29,755 nucleotides of DNA from an uncultured Gaiellales bacterium. GTDB taxonomy: Bacteria > Actinomycetota > Thermoleophilia > Gaiellales > Gaiellaceae. Where the stretch lies: NCBI GenBank assembly GCA_964504405.1, contig CAZDEX010000001.1:1-29755 (forward strand), read 5' to 3'. The notes beneath the pieces were generated by a model that worked only from the letters and a program-made list of their open reading frames with translations, was not told where the DNA came from and ran no database searches. Both the position numbers and the translations under genes were made by a program. Each line of letters begins with the position of its first letter. Positions within the stretch are counted from its first letter, which is position 1. Shown piece by piece: positions 15,849 to 24,723 of the stretch.

Positions 15849-17097
15849 TCGTAGCGGTCTCCGGAACGGGGTTACGCAGCGCGAAGGTCGCGGCGACGGC
15901 GATTCCTGCGACGAGCAGATCGCGCGCCAGCACCTCGAGCGACTGGGTTTCGGGGAAGGACGTGGAGTAGGCGAGATAGCGCGCCGGAAACCAGGCCTGG
16001 GTGAGAAGCAGTGCCGCCGCGAGTGCGCCCGTGAGTTGCAGGCCGCGGCGACCCGCGATCATCGCGATCGCGGGAACGAGCCAGATCATGTACTGCGGCG
16101 AGAAGACCTTCCCGAAGCCGACGAAGATCGAAATCGCGGCGGCGCATCCGAGCAGGAGGCGCTCTGGCGTCGACGGGCCGCGGCGATACCACACGAACGA
16201 CAGTGCGAGCAGAGCGATCTCGCAGCAGACGCCGACGTAACCGATCACCGTCGGCAAGGTGCCGATGAGGTTGGACGAGTTGTGGTCGAAGTCCTCCTTC
16301 AGCGGGCCGACCAGAGCGAGATGGTGCGCGGTCACGAGCAGTGCGGCCCCGAGGCTCTCGATCTGAAGGGGACGGTCGAGTTGGAATGCAAAGGCACGGA
16401 AGAGGCCGTGGGGCGCGAGGATCGCGAAGGGAGCGAACGACGCGGCAACCGTCGCTGCGACGAGCGCGGCAAACGCCGCCGCCGCGGACCGGCCCCTACG
16501 GCGCAAGACGAAGACGAACGCGAACGGCAGGCAGACGGCGGGATAGAGCTTGCCCGCGATCGCCAGTCCGAGCAAGAGCGCGGCGGTGCGCTCTCGCCGA
16601 GCAAGCAGAGCCGCCAGCGCGGAAGCCGTGAGCGCAGCTGGGAACAGGTCGAACCGCGACAGCATCACCGGGCCGAGGAGTAACGGCGACAGCCCGACGA
16701 TCAACAACGGGCCGAAAGACAACGGCGTCGAGCTCGTCAGTCGGCGAGTCACGGCGACCGCCGCCGCGCCCGCGCAGCCGCAGACCAGCATCAAGATCTC
16801 GAACGCGTGGTTGTAGTCCTTCCAGCGTTCGGCGCGCACGACGAGTGCCGGGGCTCCGAAGGCAGCGAGGGCCGCGGGCGGATATTCCAGCAGGTAGTTC
16901 CGGTACGGCAGGTCGCCCGCAACGAGCGCATCCCCGTACGCCTCGTAGAGTGGCGTGTCGCGCAGTTGGTTGGCCCCGGCCGTGCGCTCCAGTGCGAACC
17001 ACGACGCGGCGAAGGCGAACGTCACGGCGACGACGGAGCCGACGGCCAGCAGACGCCTGCCGGACAGAGCTGCGAGCGGTAGCGAGGTCGTGGACAC
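15838..17097 (-). CDS. GT87-family (DUF2029-like) GT-C glycosyltransferase
   Basis: DTPLY...LPYRNYLLEYPP, SRFDLFPA, KLYP, RPLQIESLG, KVFSPQYMIW. Start uncertain (GTG 17097 or 17121); the 943-aa track ORF is over-extended. Confidence 0.82.
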   Translation of the reverse strand: MSTTSLPLAALSGRRLLAVGSVVAVTFAFAASWFALERTAGANQLRDTPLYEAYGDALVAGDLPYRNYLLEYPPAALAAFGAPALVVRAERWKDYNHAFEILMLVCGCAGAAAVAVTRRLTSSTPLSFGPLLIVGLSPLLLGPVMLSRFDLFPAALTASALAALLARRERTAALLLGLAIAGKLYPAVCLPFAFVFVLRRRGRSAAAAFAALVAATVAASFAPFAILAPHGLFRAFAFQLDRPLQIESLGAALLVTAHHLALVGPLKEDFDHNSSNLIGTLPTVIGYVGVCCEIALLALSFVWYRRGPSTPERLLLGCAAAISIFVGFGKVFSPQYMIWLVPAIAMIAGRRGLQLTGALAAALLLTQAWFPARYLAYSTSFPETQSLEVLARDLLVAGIAVAATFALRNPVPETATTSR

Positions 17098-17271
17098 GCG
17101 GGTCGAGTCCGTGAAAGGCACGTTCGCGCCCCTCGTCGAACGCGCGCATCGTATCTGGGCGGACGTGCGTCCGAACCTGGCCGATTGCTGAACACGGGGA
17201 GCCGCGACGACATTTCCCCGCGACGGGCCTCTAGCATCGACCGCGTGCGGACGCCTGGGAGCGGAGGTGGG

Positions 17272-18630
17272 GTGCGTCCTGAAAGGAGATCGCGGCGGGC
17301 CGCGTTCGTCCCGGTGCTCGTGCTCCTCACGATGTCGCTTGGGGTCTCGTCCGCTGCCGGTGCGCCCCAGGTCGGCCGGTCGTTTCCGCTCCCCGATCAG
17401 AGCAAAATGGTTCGCACGCTCATATTGACCTACCGTGCGGCGAGCGGAGCGCGGCAGCAGGCCGTCGTGCTCGTGCCGGATGGGCTGCCGTCGGCCGGCC
17501 AGCGCCTTCCCCTCGTCATCTCCCCGCACGGCCGCGGCGTCACGCCGCAGGCGACCTGCAAACTGTGGGGCGCGCTGCCTGCGCTCGGCCGCTTCGCCGT
17601 TGTCTGCCCCGAGGGCCAGGGCGGGGGCTTCGGCCTCTACTCCTGGGGAGCCGAAGGGGAAATTCGCGACCTCGCCTCGATGCCCCTGGTCGTCGAGCGC
17701 AGGCTCCCGTGGCTCGCCGTCGACCAGCGTCGGATCTACGCCGTGGGAGGGAGCATGGGTGGGCAGGAAGCACTGCTGCTCCTCGCCCGCTATCCCCATC
17801 TGCTCGCCGGCGTGATCTCGTTCGATGGCGTCGCTGACCTTGCATGGCAGTACGGCGAACTGTCCCGCATGCGCTGCGATGCACTCTGTCGACGCCGCTG
17901 GAACGGCATGATCGGTGCCGCGCTCGGGCGCTTGATGCGAAGTGAGATCGGGGGGTCCCCTCTGCGTAACCCACGTGGCTACGCGTTGCGGAGCCCACTG
18001 ACCTACGCGCGGCAACTTGCCCGCTCGCGCGTGCCCATCGAGCTGTGGTGGAGTGTGAGCGATCTGACCGTGCGGGACCAGGCCCGCGCGCAATCGGGGC
18101 GCCTCTTCAGCGAGATGCTCGCACTCGACCCCCGCGCTCGTGTCGAGGCTTTCATCGGCGATTGGATTCACTCGCACGAGCAATCCGCGACCTCGAGGCT
18201 CCCCTTCGCACTGGCACAGATCGGCCTGCTGCCGGTCCGCTATCTCGTTCGACCCGCACGGTTGATCGTCCGCCATTTCATCCCTCGCCGGCTCTTCGCG
18301 CGGCTCCCACGACTGAGATCGACTCGCGTCTTGGTCACGAGCGGAGAGAAGCTCGAGTTCGACTTCCAGTTGTCGCGGCGGAGCGTACGGACGGGTCTCG
18401 TGACGTTCGTGGTTCGTAACGACGGACGTCTTCGCCACCGCTTCAAGGTCTGTCTGCCTGCCGGGGCCGGCGGCGACTACTGCCGCGGTGCAGAGACGTC
18501 GTGGATCGCGCCGGGCCGTAAGGCGCGACTCACCGTTGCGCTGACCGAGGCCGGGCTCTACGAGTACGAGTGCGCCGTTCCCGGGCACTCCGACGCCGGC
18601 ATGAGAGGTCTGCTGCACGTCAAGTGGTGA
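17272..18630 (+). CDS. Secreted alpha/beta-hydrolase fused to a C-terminal cupredoxin (type-1 copper) domain
   Basis: Signal peptide; SPHGRG, GGSMGG, candidate Asp (VSD) and His (WIHSH); C-terminal TFVVRNDGRLRHRF...YEYECAVPGHSDAGMRGLLHV (His...C-x4-H-x4-M). Start uncertain. Confidence 0.8.
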   Translation: MRPERRSRRAAFVPVLVLLTMSLGVSSAAGAPQVGRSFPLPDQSKMVRTLILTYRAASGARQQAVVLVPDGLPSAGQRLPLVISPHGRGVTPQATCKLWGALPALGRFAVVCPEGQGGGFGLYSWGAEGEIRDLASMPLVVERRLPWLAVDQRRIYAVGGSMGGQEALLLLARYPHLLAGVISFDGVADLAWQYGELSRMRCDALCRRRWNGMIGAALGRLMRSEIGGSPLRNPRGYALRSPLTYARQLARSRVPIELWWSVSDLTVRDQARAQSGRLFSEMLALDPRARVEAFIGDWIHSHEQSATSRLPFALAQIGLLPVRYLVRPARLIVRHFIPRRLFARLPRLRSTRVLVTSGEKLEFDFQLSRRSVRTGLVTFVVRNDGRLRHRFKVCLPAGAGGDYCRGAETSWIAPGRKARLTVALTEAGLYEYECAVPGHSDAGMRGLLHVKW

Positions 18631-19808
18631 TGCGTCTGCGATTCCGGCGCCGCATGCGCTTCCCGGCACTTCTCGTGGTCATCCTGGTCGCCTCGCTGGC
18701 GCTCGCCGTTCCGGGTGCGCAGCCGCGCGCGGCGGCGATCACGATCACCTCCGTCCTGCCGGAATGGCTCGCGCCGGGCGCCCACCTCACGGTCGTCGGT
18801 TTTGCAGGTTCCGACCAGGTCGTGATCCTCCGTGCGGAGGGACATCCGATCGGACGCGCGACCTCGGGACGGCTTGGCCGGTTCGTGATCGACGCTCGGG
18901 CGCCGCAGGTCGGCGTGCACCGGCTGACGCTGACGACCGCCTCGGCCCACCTGCAAGTCGGCCGGTTGCCGGTGCGCGACGTGTCGCTCGCCGCCGTCGG
19001 CGACGTCACGCCGGGCGAGCAGGTCGGTCCCGCGATCGAGGCGAACGGAGCGGGCTATCCCTGGGCCTACGTCGGTGGAGTGCTCGGCGCGGCGGACATT
19101 GCGACCGCGAATCTCGAGGGTGCGGTCTCCGGTCGCGGCGCGCCGGCCGCCGACAAGCGATACCACTTCGAAGGCCCCGTCGGCCTGCTCGTCGGAGCGC
19201 GCGACGACGCCGGCATCGACGTCGTCACGCTCGCCAACAACCACGTCATGGACTACGGCTCCGTCGGCCTCGCCGACACCCTTGCCGCGGCACGCCGCGC
19301 GAAGATCGCAACCGTCGGAGCGGGCGGTTCGCTTGTCGCGGCGCGGCGGCCGGCATACATCGAGGTCGGGGGAATCACGGTTGCATTTCTCGGCTACTCC
19401 GAGGTGAATCCCCTCGGCTTCAAGGCGACAGACTCGACGCCAGGGACATCGCCCGCCGATGTCGCGGCGATCACGTCGGACGTGCGCGCAGCGAGGCGCC
19501 ATGCCGACGTCGTCGTCTGCTGGTTCCACTGGGGTATCGAGGGGCACGCCCAGCCCGACGGCAGGCAGCGGATGTTCGCGCAGGCGGCGCTTGCAGCCGG
19601 CGCGAAGCTCGTGCTGGGCGCGCACCCACATGTGCTCGGTGCCGTCGTTCGGCCCACCCGCACGTCCCTCGTCGCGTGGACGCTCGGCAACTTCGTCTTC
19701 CCGTCGGGCGCCCCGACGGCGATCCTCCTCGTCCGCCTCGACGCGCGCGGCGCGACCGGCTTCCGCCTGTTGCCCGCCGTCGCCGGTGCACAGCCGCATC
19801 TGCGCTAG
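18630..19808 (+). CDS. CapA-family (PGA_cap) metallophosphoesterase-like protein with N-terminal Ig-like segment
   Basis: AVGDV, ANLEG, LANNHVMDYG, HWG, GAHPHV, TLGNFVF; TGATG coupling to the upstream gene. Confidence 0.88.
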   Translation: MRLRFRRRMRFPALLVVILVASLALAVPGAQPRAAAITITSVLPEWLAPGAHLTVVGFAGSDQVVILRAEGHPIGRATSGRLGRFVIDARAPQVGVHRLTLTTASAHLQVGRLPVRDVSLAAVGDVTPGEQVGPAIEANGAGYPWAYVGGVLGAADIATANLEGAVSGRGAPAADKRYHFEGPVGLLVGARDDAGIDVVTLANNHVMDYGSVGLADTLAAARRAKIATVGAGGSLVAARRPAYIEVGGITVAFLGYSEVNPLGFKATDSTPGTSPADVAAITSDVRAARRHADVVVCWFHWGIEGHAQPDGRQRMFAQAALAAGAKLVLGAHPHVLGAVVRPTRTSLVAWTLGNFVFPSGAPTAILLVRLDARGATGFRLLPAVAGAQPHLR

Positions 19809-20018
19809 CTGGTCTGAGCCGCGCCGCCTGCGAGGGCGGACTCGATCTTTGCGACTGGGTCTTCGCCTGACCTCTGAGTTCGACCACGTCCAGCACCGAC
19901 GTCGGCTGGAAGAAGTTGAGGTCGGCCGGTTGGTACGGGTGCTCGCCCAGGGCTTGAAGATCGAGCTCGACCCCGAATCTCGACGCATCCCGAGGCGCCT
20001 CCTTCAGGCCTTGAACTG
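19805..20018 (-). pseudogene. Unidentified C-terminal gene remnant
   Basis: Coding-like frame VQGLKEAPRDASRFGVELDLQALGEHPYQPADLNFFQPTSVLDVVELRGQ, then after a 1-nt shift EDPVAKIESALAGGAAQTS*; cut by stops near 20020. Confidence 0.3.
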
Positions 20019-20020
20019 AG

Positions 20021-20039
20021 GACTACTACCCGAGTAGTC
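20021..20039. promoter_or_regulatory. Inverted repeat upstream of phyH-like gene
   Basis: GACTACT-acccg-AGTAGTC, about 27 nt before the start; candidate operator. Confidence 0.4.
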
Positions 20040-20065
20040 TCTCCATCGTCCACGAGAGAGGAGAC

Positions 20066-20821
20066 GTGCTGATGACCATCGAGGAGACCCTCGCCGGCTT
20101 GGGTGTCACGGGCGAAACGCTGGACGCGCAGGCGCGCTCGCGCCTCGACGAGGACGGGTACGCCGTCTTCCCGTCGCTGCTCGATGCGACAACCGTCGAG
20201 TCGCTGCGTGCGCACGTTGCGGCGCTCGAGGACGCCGAGAACGCGTGGGCCCCCGGCACGGGCCGCGATCCCGGCGCCGCGCGCGTCGACGACGTCAACC
20301 ACAAGGGAGAGGCCTTCGACGCACTCTGGACGCACCCGATGCTCCTCGCCGCCGTGCACCACTACCTGGGCGACTTCCGCCTCTCGTCGGTGACCGCCCG
20401 CGCCGCGCGGCCGGGTGCCGGGCACCAGCGCATGCACGTCGACTGGTGGGGCGACTTCGAGGACGGCTATGTCGCGTGCAACTCGTGCTGGATGCTTGAC
20501 GACTGGGCGCCCGAGAGCGGCGCCACGCGAGTCGTTCCCGGCTCGCACCGCTGGAAGCGCAAGCCGGAGGACGAGATGTCCGACCTGTTCGAGTCGTATC
20601 CGGGCCAACAGTTGATCGAGGCGCCGGCCGGCTCGCTCGCCGTCTTCAACGGGTACCTGTGGCACTCCGGGACGCTGAACTCGCGCTCCGAGCCGCGCCG
20701 CGGCGTGTTCTCCGTCTTCTCGCGCGCCGACCAGCCCCGGCAGAACGAGCAGGCGGGCCGCCTGGACGAGGCCACCGCGCAGCGGCTTTCCCCGCAGGCG
20801 CGGCGCATTCTCGATGCCTGA
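20066..20821 (+). CDS. Phytanoyl-CoA dioxygenase (PhyH) family Fe(II)/2OG dioxygenase
   Basis: HVD (HxD), GATRVVPGSHRW, AGSLAVFNGYLWHSG (distal His), NSRSEPRR. Confidence 0.9.
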   Translation: MLMTIEETLAGLGVTGETLDAQARSRLDEDGYAVFPSLLDATTVESLRAHVAALEDAENAWAPGTGRDPGAARVDDVNHKGEAFDALWTHPMLLAAVHHYLGDFRLSSVTARAARPGAGHQRMHVDWWGDFEDGYVACNSCWMLDDWAPESGATRVVPGSHRWKRKPEDEMSDLFESYPGQQLIEAPAGSLAVFNGYLWHSGTLNSRSEPRRGVFSVFSRADQPRQNEQAGRLDEATAQRLSPQARRILDA

Positions 20822-21059
20822 GCCGTCGGTGGACGACGAGCTGGTCCGGGATGACACCGCGCAGCATCCTTCGCCCTCTACGGCCGGCTGCTTGACTCGC
20901 ACCCCGTCTTCTGGAGCGCGCAGCTCGACTGCTGGGTGATCAGCTGGTACGAGGACGTGCGCTCCGTCCTCGACGACGTGGAGTCCTTCTCCTGCGCGGG
21001 GCGCGTCCGGCGGGACCGCGTCGCGCCCGAGCTCTGGGACGCGTTCGCCGGCTTCGACG
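20814..21059 (+). pseudogene. N-terminal remnant of a cytochrome P450
   Basis: ATG 20814 overlaps the phyH stop; after a 1-nt loss near 20868 reads PFALYGRLLDSHPVFWSAQLDCWVISWYEDVRSVLDDVESFS, the usual bacterial P450 start; no heme-binding region follows. Confidence 0.7.
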
Positions 21060-21817
21060 GAGGCGATCGTTCGGCGCTTCGTGGCCGAAGGCGCGCGGGT
21101 CGTGGTGGCGGACGTGCAGGAGGCCGTCGGCCACGAGCTGGTCGCCGAGCTCGGTCCGGGTGCGTTCTTCCAGCGCACCGACGTCACCCTCCGCGAGGAC
21201 GTGATCGCCGCCGTCGATCGCGCGGTCTCGGCGTGGGGCGGGCTCGACGTGGTCGTGAACAACGCCGGGTGGGTGAAGGTCGACGTGGCGATCGAAGCCG
21301 AAGAGGCGGACTTCGACCGGATGCTCGCGACCTACCTGCGCGCGCACTTCCTGATGGCGAAGCACGCGCTCCCGCACCTGATCGCCGGGGGTGGAGGCGC
21401 GATCGTCAACATGTCGTCGATGCAGGCCTACCGCGCGATCCCGGGCCGGGTGGGCGTCCAGGCGGCCAAGGGTGGCATCTGCGCGATGACGCGCGAGCTC
21501 GCCCTCGAGTATGGGCCAGCAGGCGTGCGCGTCAACGCGGTGCTGCCCGGGTTCACGCTGACGGAGAAGGCCGAGCGCGACTACGCGCTGTCGTCGACTC
21601 TCGAAGAACTCGACCTGCGACGCGACTGCTACCCGCTTCGGCGCTTCGGCCGGCCGGAGGACATCGCGAGCGCGGTGCTCTTTCTCGCCTCGGACGAGGC
21701 GGCGTGGATCACCGGGATCGACCTGCTCGTCGACGGGGCACGTCCATGCAGCTCGCCGAGGCGGTGATGTTCCCGCCCTTCCGCCGTCTCTGGCGGCAGG
21801 CTTCACCCTCTGCCTGA
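21060..21817 (+). pseudogene. SDR-family oxidoreductase lacking its N-terminus, with a C-terminal frameshift
   Basis: Begins at EAIVRRFVAEGARVVVAD without TGxxxGIG; NNAG, NMSS, RVNAVLPG present; catalytic YxxxK reads VQAAK; the G run at 21735-21738 is one base short of DGGTSMQL. Confidence 0.8.
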
Positions 21818-22000
21818 TGAGAAATGACGCGTTGGTAGAGGATGACGCGGCGGCCGAGTCGTTCGAGTTGGCTGACGAGGTGCAACGCCTCCCTGCCACC
21901 GGAGGTGTTCCTCCCGGTCGCGTGACCAGCTCTCGGGGTCGTACCCTGGGTCGAGCAGGACGTGGGCCCTGACGTCCACGATCTCCAGGGTCAGAGCCCC
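21818..22000 (-). pseudogene. Unidentified gene remnant
   Basis: LTLEIVDVRAHVLLDPGYDPESWSRDREEHLRWQ, then after a +1 shift in a G run EALHLVSQLERLGRRVILYQRV; coding-like codon pattern; no family recognised. Confidence 0.3.
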
Positions 22001-22081
22001 CGTTCGCGGCGTGCAGGGGCGAGATCCTCACTAGGGCGCGGGGCCTGTCACAAGTCTCGACTGCAGGCTGCGCGCGTCGCT

Positions 22082-24013
22082 TCAGCGCTCGCTGCGACGC
22101 TGCGCACCGAGCGCGACGAAGTACGTCAGCGCCTCCGGGTCCGCGAGCGACTCCACGCTCGCCGCTTCGGCCGGCGGAGTGCCGGTCAAGATCTTCTTCA
22201 CCGGTACCTCGAGCACCTTGCCCGAGAGTGTTCGCGGCACCGCCGCGATGCGATGGATCTCGTCGGGGACGTGTCGCGGTGAGCACACCTCGCGGATGCG
22301 GCTGCGAATCGTCGCGCTGAGCGCGTCGTCGATCTCGTCGCCGCGCGTCACGGCGAACAGAAGCATCGAGGCGCCGCCCGATGCGTCGGGCACGTCGACG
22401 ACGATTGCGTCGACGATCTCCGGAACGGAGAGTACGGCGCGATAGATCTCGCTCGTTCCGATCCTGACGCCGCCGCGGTTGATCGTCGCGTCGGAGCGCC
22501 CGTAGATGATCGCCGTCCCGCGGCTCGTGATCTCGATCCAGTCGCCGTGGCGCCAGACGCCCGGGAACATCGAGAAGTAGGTCTCCTCGAGCCGGGACCC
22601 GTCGGTGTCGCCCCAGAGGAACACGGGCATCGACGGCAAGGGCTCCGTGAGCACGAGCTCGCCGACCCGGTCGATCACCGCAACGCCCTGCTCGTCGAAC
22701 GCCTCCACCTTCGCGCCGAGCGATCGCGCCTGCAGCTCGCCTTCGTACACGGGGAGCGTGGGGACGCCGCCGACGAATGCGCTCGCGACGTCGGTGCCGC
22801 CGCTCGTGGAGAAGAGCCAGATGTCGTCTCCGACCTGGTCGTAAACCCACCGAAAGCCTTCCGGCGAGAGCGGTGAGCCGGTCGACCCGACTGCGCGCAG
22901 TCGCGAGAGGTCGCGGCCGCGCGCAGGCTCGATGCCTTCCTTCATGCACGACGCGATGTACGCCGCGCTCGTCCCGAAGCAGGTGATGCCCGCCTCCTCG
23001 GCGAGGTCCCACAACCGGTTCAGGTCGGGCGCGCCCGGGCTCCCGTCGTAGAGGACGATCGCCGCATCGGTCAGCAGACCGCTGACGACAATGTTCCACA
23101 TCATCCAACCGGTCGTCGTGAACCAGAAGAACCGGTCGCCGCGCTGCAGGTCGAAGTGGAGGTGCAGCTTCTTCAGATGCTCGACGAGGATCCCACCATG
23201 GCCGTGCACGATCGGCTTCGGAAGGCCCGTCGTGCCGGACGAGTAGAGGATCCAGAGCGGGTGGTCGAACGGGACCTGCTCGAACGTCAGCTCGTCCGCC
23301 GACTGCTGGAGCTCGTCCCAGTTCCCCTCGCTGCCGAGGTACGGCAGAACGAACACGTGCTCGACCGTCGGCAGTGCCGCCCGCAGCTCTTCGACGCTCT
23401 CGCGCCGGTCGACGTCCTTACCGCCGTAGCGATAGCCGTCGGGGGCGAGAAGCACCGTCGGCTCGATCTGGGCGAAGCGGTCGACGACGCTGGCCACACC
23501 GAACTCCGGGGCCGCGCTCGACCAGATCGCTCCGAGCGACGCAGTCGCCAGGAATGCCGCGATCGTCTCCGGGATGTTCGGGAGGTAGGCCGCGACGCGA
23601 TCGCCTCTCCCGATGCCGCGTGCCCGAAGGCCGGCGGCGATCGCCGCCGTCTGTGCGCGCAGCTCGCCCCACGTCACCTGGGCGAGCGGGCGAATCTCCG
23701 ACGTGTGGACGATGGCGACGTCGTCGTCGGCGTGGTTGCGAAAGACGTGCTCGGCGTAGGAGAGCTCAGCGCCCGGGAACCACTTCGTGCCGGGCATCGC
23801 ATGCGACCCGAGCACACGCTCGTACGGCTTCGACGCCCTGATGTCGAAGAACTCCCAGACCGACGCCCAGAATCCCTCGACGTCGCTGACCGACCACTCC
23901 CACAGCGCGTGGTAGTCGTCGAAGCCGCGGTCGAGGCTGCGCATGTAGCGCGTGAGAGTCGCCCGTTCGATCTGATCGATACGAGGGCTCCACGTCGGCT
24001 GGGCATTCGGCAC
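22082..24013 (-). CDS. Acetoacetate--CoA ligase
   Basis: WFPGAELSYAEH, YSSGTTGLPKPIVHGHGG, FTTTGWMMWN, STSGGTD, WRHGDW, GRSDATINRGGVRIGTSEIY, GKVLEVPVK. Confidence 0.93.
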   Translation of the reverse strand: MPNAQPTWSPRIDQIERATLTRYMRSLDRGFDDYHALWEWSVSDVEGFWASVWEFFDIRASKPYERVLGSHAMPGTKWFPGAELSYAEHVFRNHADDDVAIVHTSEIRPLAQVTWGELRAQTAAIAAGLRARGIGRGDRVAAYLPNIPETIAAFLATASLGAIWSSAAPEFGVASVVDRFAQIEPTVLLAPDGYRYGGKDVDRRESVEELRAALPTVEHVFVLPYLGSEGNWDELQQSADELTFEQVPFDHPLWILYSSGTTGLPKPIVHGHGGILVEHLKKLHLHFDLQRGDRFFWFTTTGWMMWNIVVSGLLTDAAIVLYDGSPGAPDLNRLWDLAEEAGITCFGTSAAYIASCMKEGIEPARGRDLSRLRAVGSTGSPLSPEGFRWVYDQVGDDIWLFSTSGGTDVASAFVGGVPTLPVYEGELQARSLGAKVEAFDEQGVAVIDRVGELVLTEPLPSMPVFLWGDTDGSRLEETYFSMFPGVWRHGDWIEITSRGTAIIYGRSDATINRGGVRIGTSEIYRAVLSVPEIVDAIVVDVPDASGGASMLLFAVTRGDEIDDALSATIRSRIREVCSPRHVPDEIHRIAAVPRTLSGKVLEVPVKKILTGTPPAEAASVESLADPEALTYFVALGAQRRSER

Positions 24014-24018
24014 GTGTG

Positions 24019-24603
24019 TCAGTCGCGGCGTCGCAGGTGTGCCACCGCGCGATGACCGGCCGGAAGCAGGGCTGCGGCCAGGTAGACCTTGAGCAGGTCG
24101 CCCACGACGAACGGATAGAGCCCGAGCTCGAACGCGCGCTCCAGCGAGACGCCCAGTGAATGGCGCAGCCAGAGAACGCCGAACGCATAGACGATCGTCT
24201 CACCGAGCAGCATTGCGCCGACGCTCGACGAGAACTTCGCCGTCCAGCCGCGGTCCGAGCACCAGCCGATGCACGCTGCGCACACGACGAAGCCGACGAT
24301 ATAGCCGCCGGTTGCGCCCGTCAGTATGTGAAAGCCGGACTTCCCGTCCGCGAAGACGGGCAAGCCGACGCAGCCCGCGAGCGCGTACAGGATGGACGCT
24401 GCGGTACCCGTGCGCAGGCCGAGCACGGCGGCGGTCCCGGTCACAGCGAGTGTCTGCCCCGTGATCGGGACGGGGGTGAACGGCAGAGCGATGCTGATCT
24501 GCGCTGCCAGCGAGATGAGTGCAGCGCCGGCGATGGCGAGCACGGCGTCGGTTGCGATCGACGCGTTGGGGAGAGCTGTCGCTCTGATCGAGGTTGCGGC
24601 CAT
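24019..24603 (-). CDS. bioY: Biotin transporter S component BioY
   Basis: AQISIALPFTPVPITGQTLAV, GLPVFA, TGGYIVGF, PFVVGDLLK. Confidence 0.93.
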   Translation of the reverse strand: MAATSIRATALPNASIATDAVLAIAGAALISLAAQISIALPFTPVPITGQTLAVTGTAAVLGLRTGTAASILYALAGCVGLPVFADGKSGFHILTGATGGYIVGFVVCAACIGWCSDRGWTAKFSSSVGAMLLGETIVYAFGVLWLRHSLGVSLERAFELGLYPFVVGDLLKVYLAAALLPAGHRAVAHLRRRD

Positions 24604-24723
24604 GCAGCGATCCTACAAAGAAGCAGTCCGTCGACTCCCGGGTGCGCGCTCTTCGCTTTACTTTATGAAGTGAAACGGATAACGTCGAGCCGCAGCGCCC
24701 GGGCGGAGTGAGGAGGTCCTTCG

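Noticed and set aside
22031-22060. CTAG followed by GGGCCTGTCACAAG as an IS end
   Set aside because: No partner inverted repeat or transposase found in the window.
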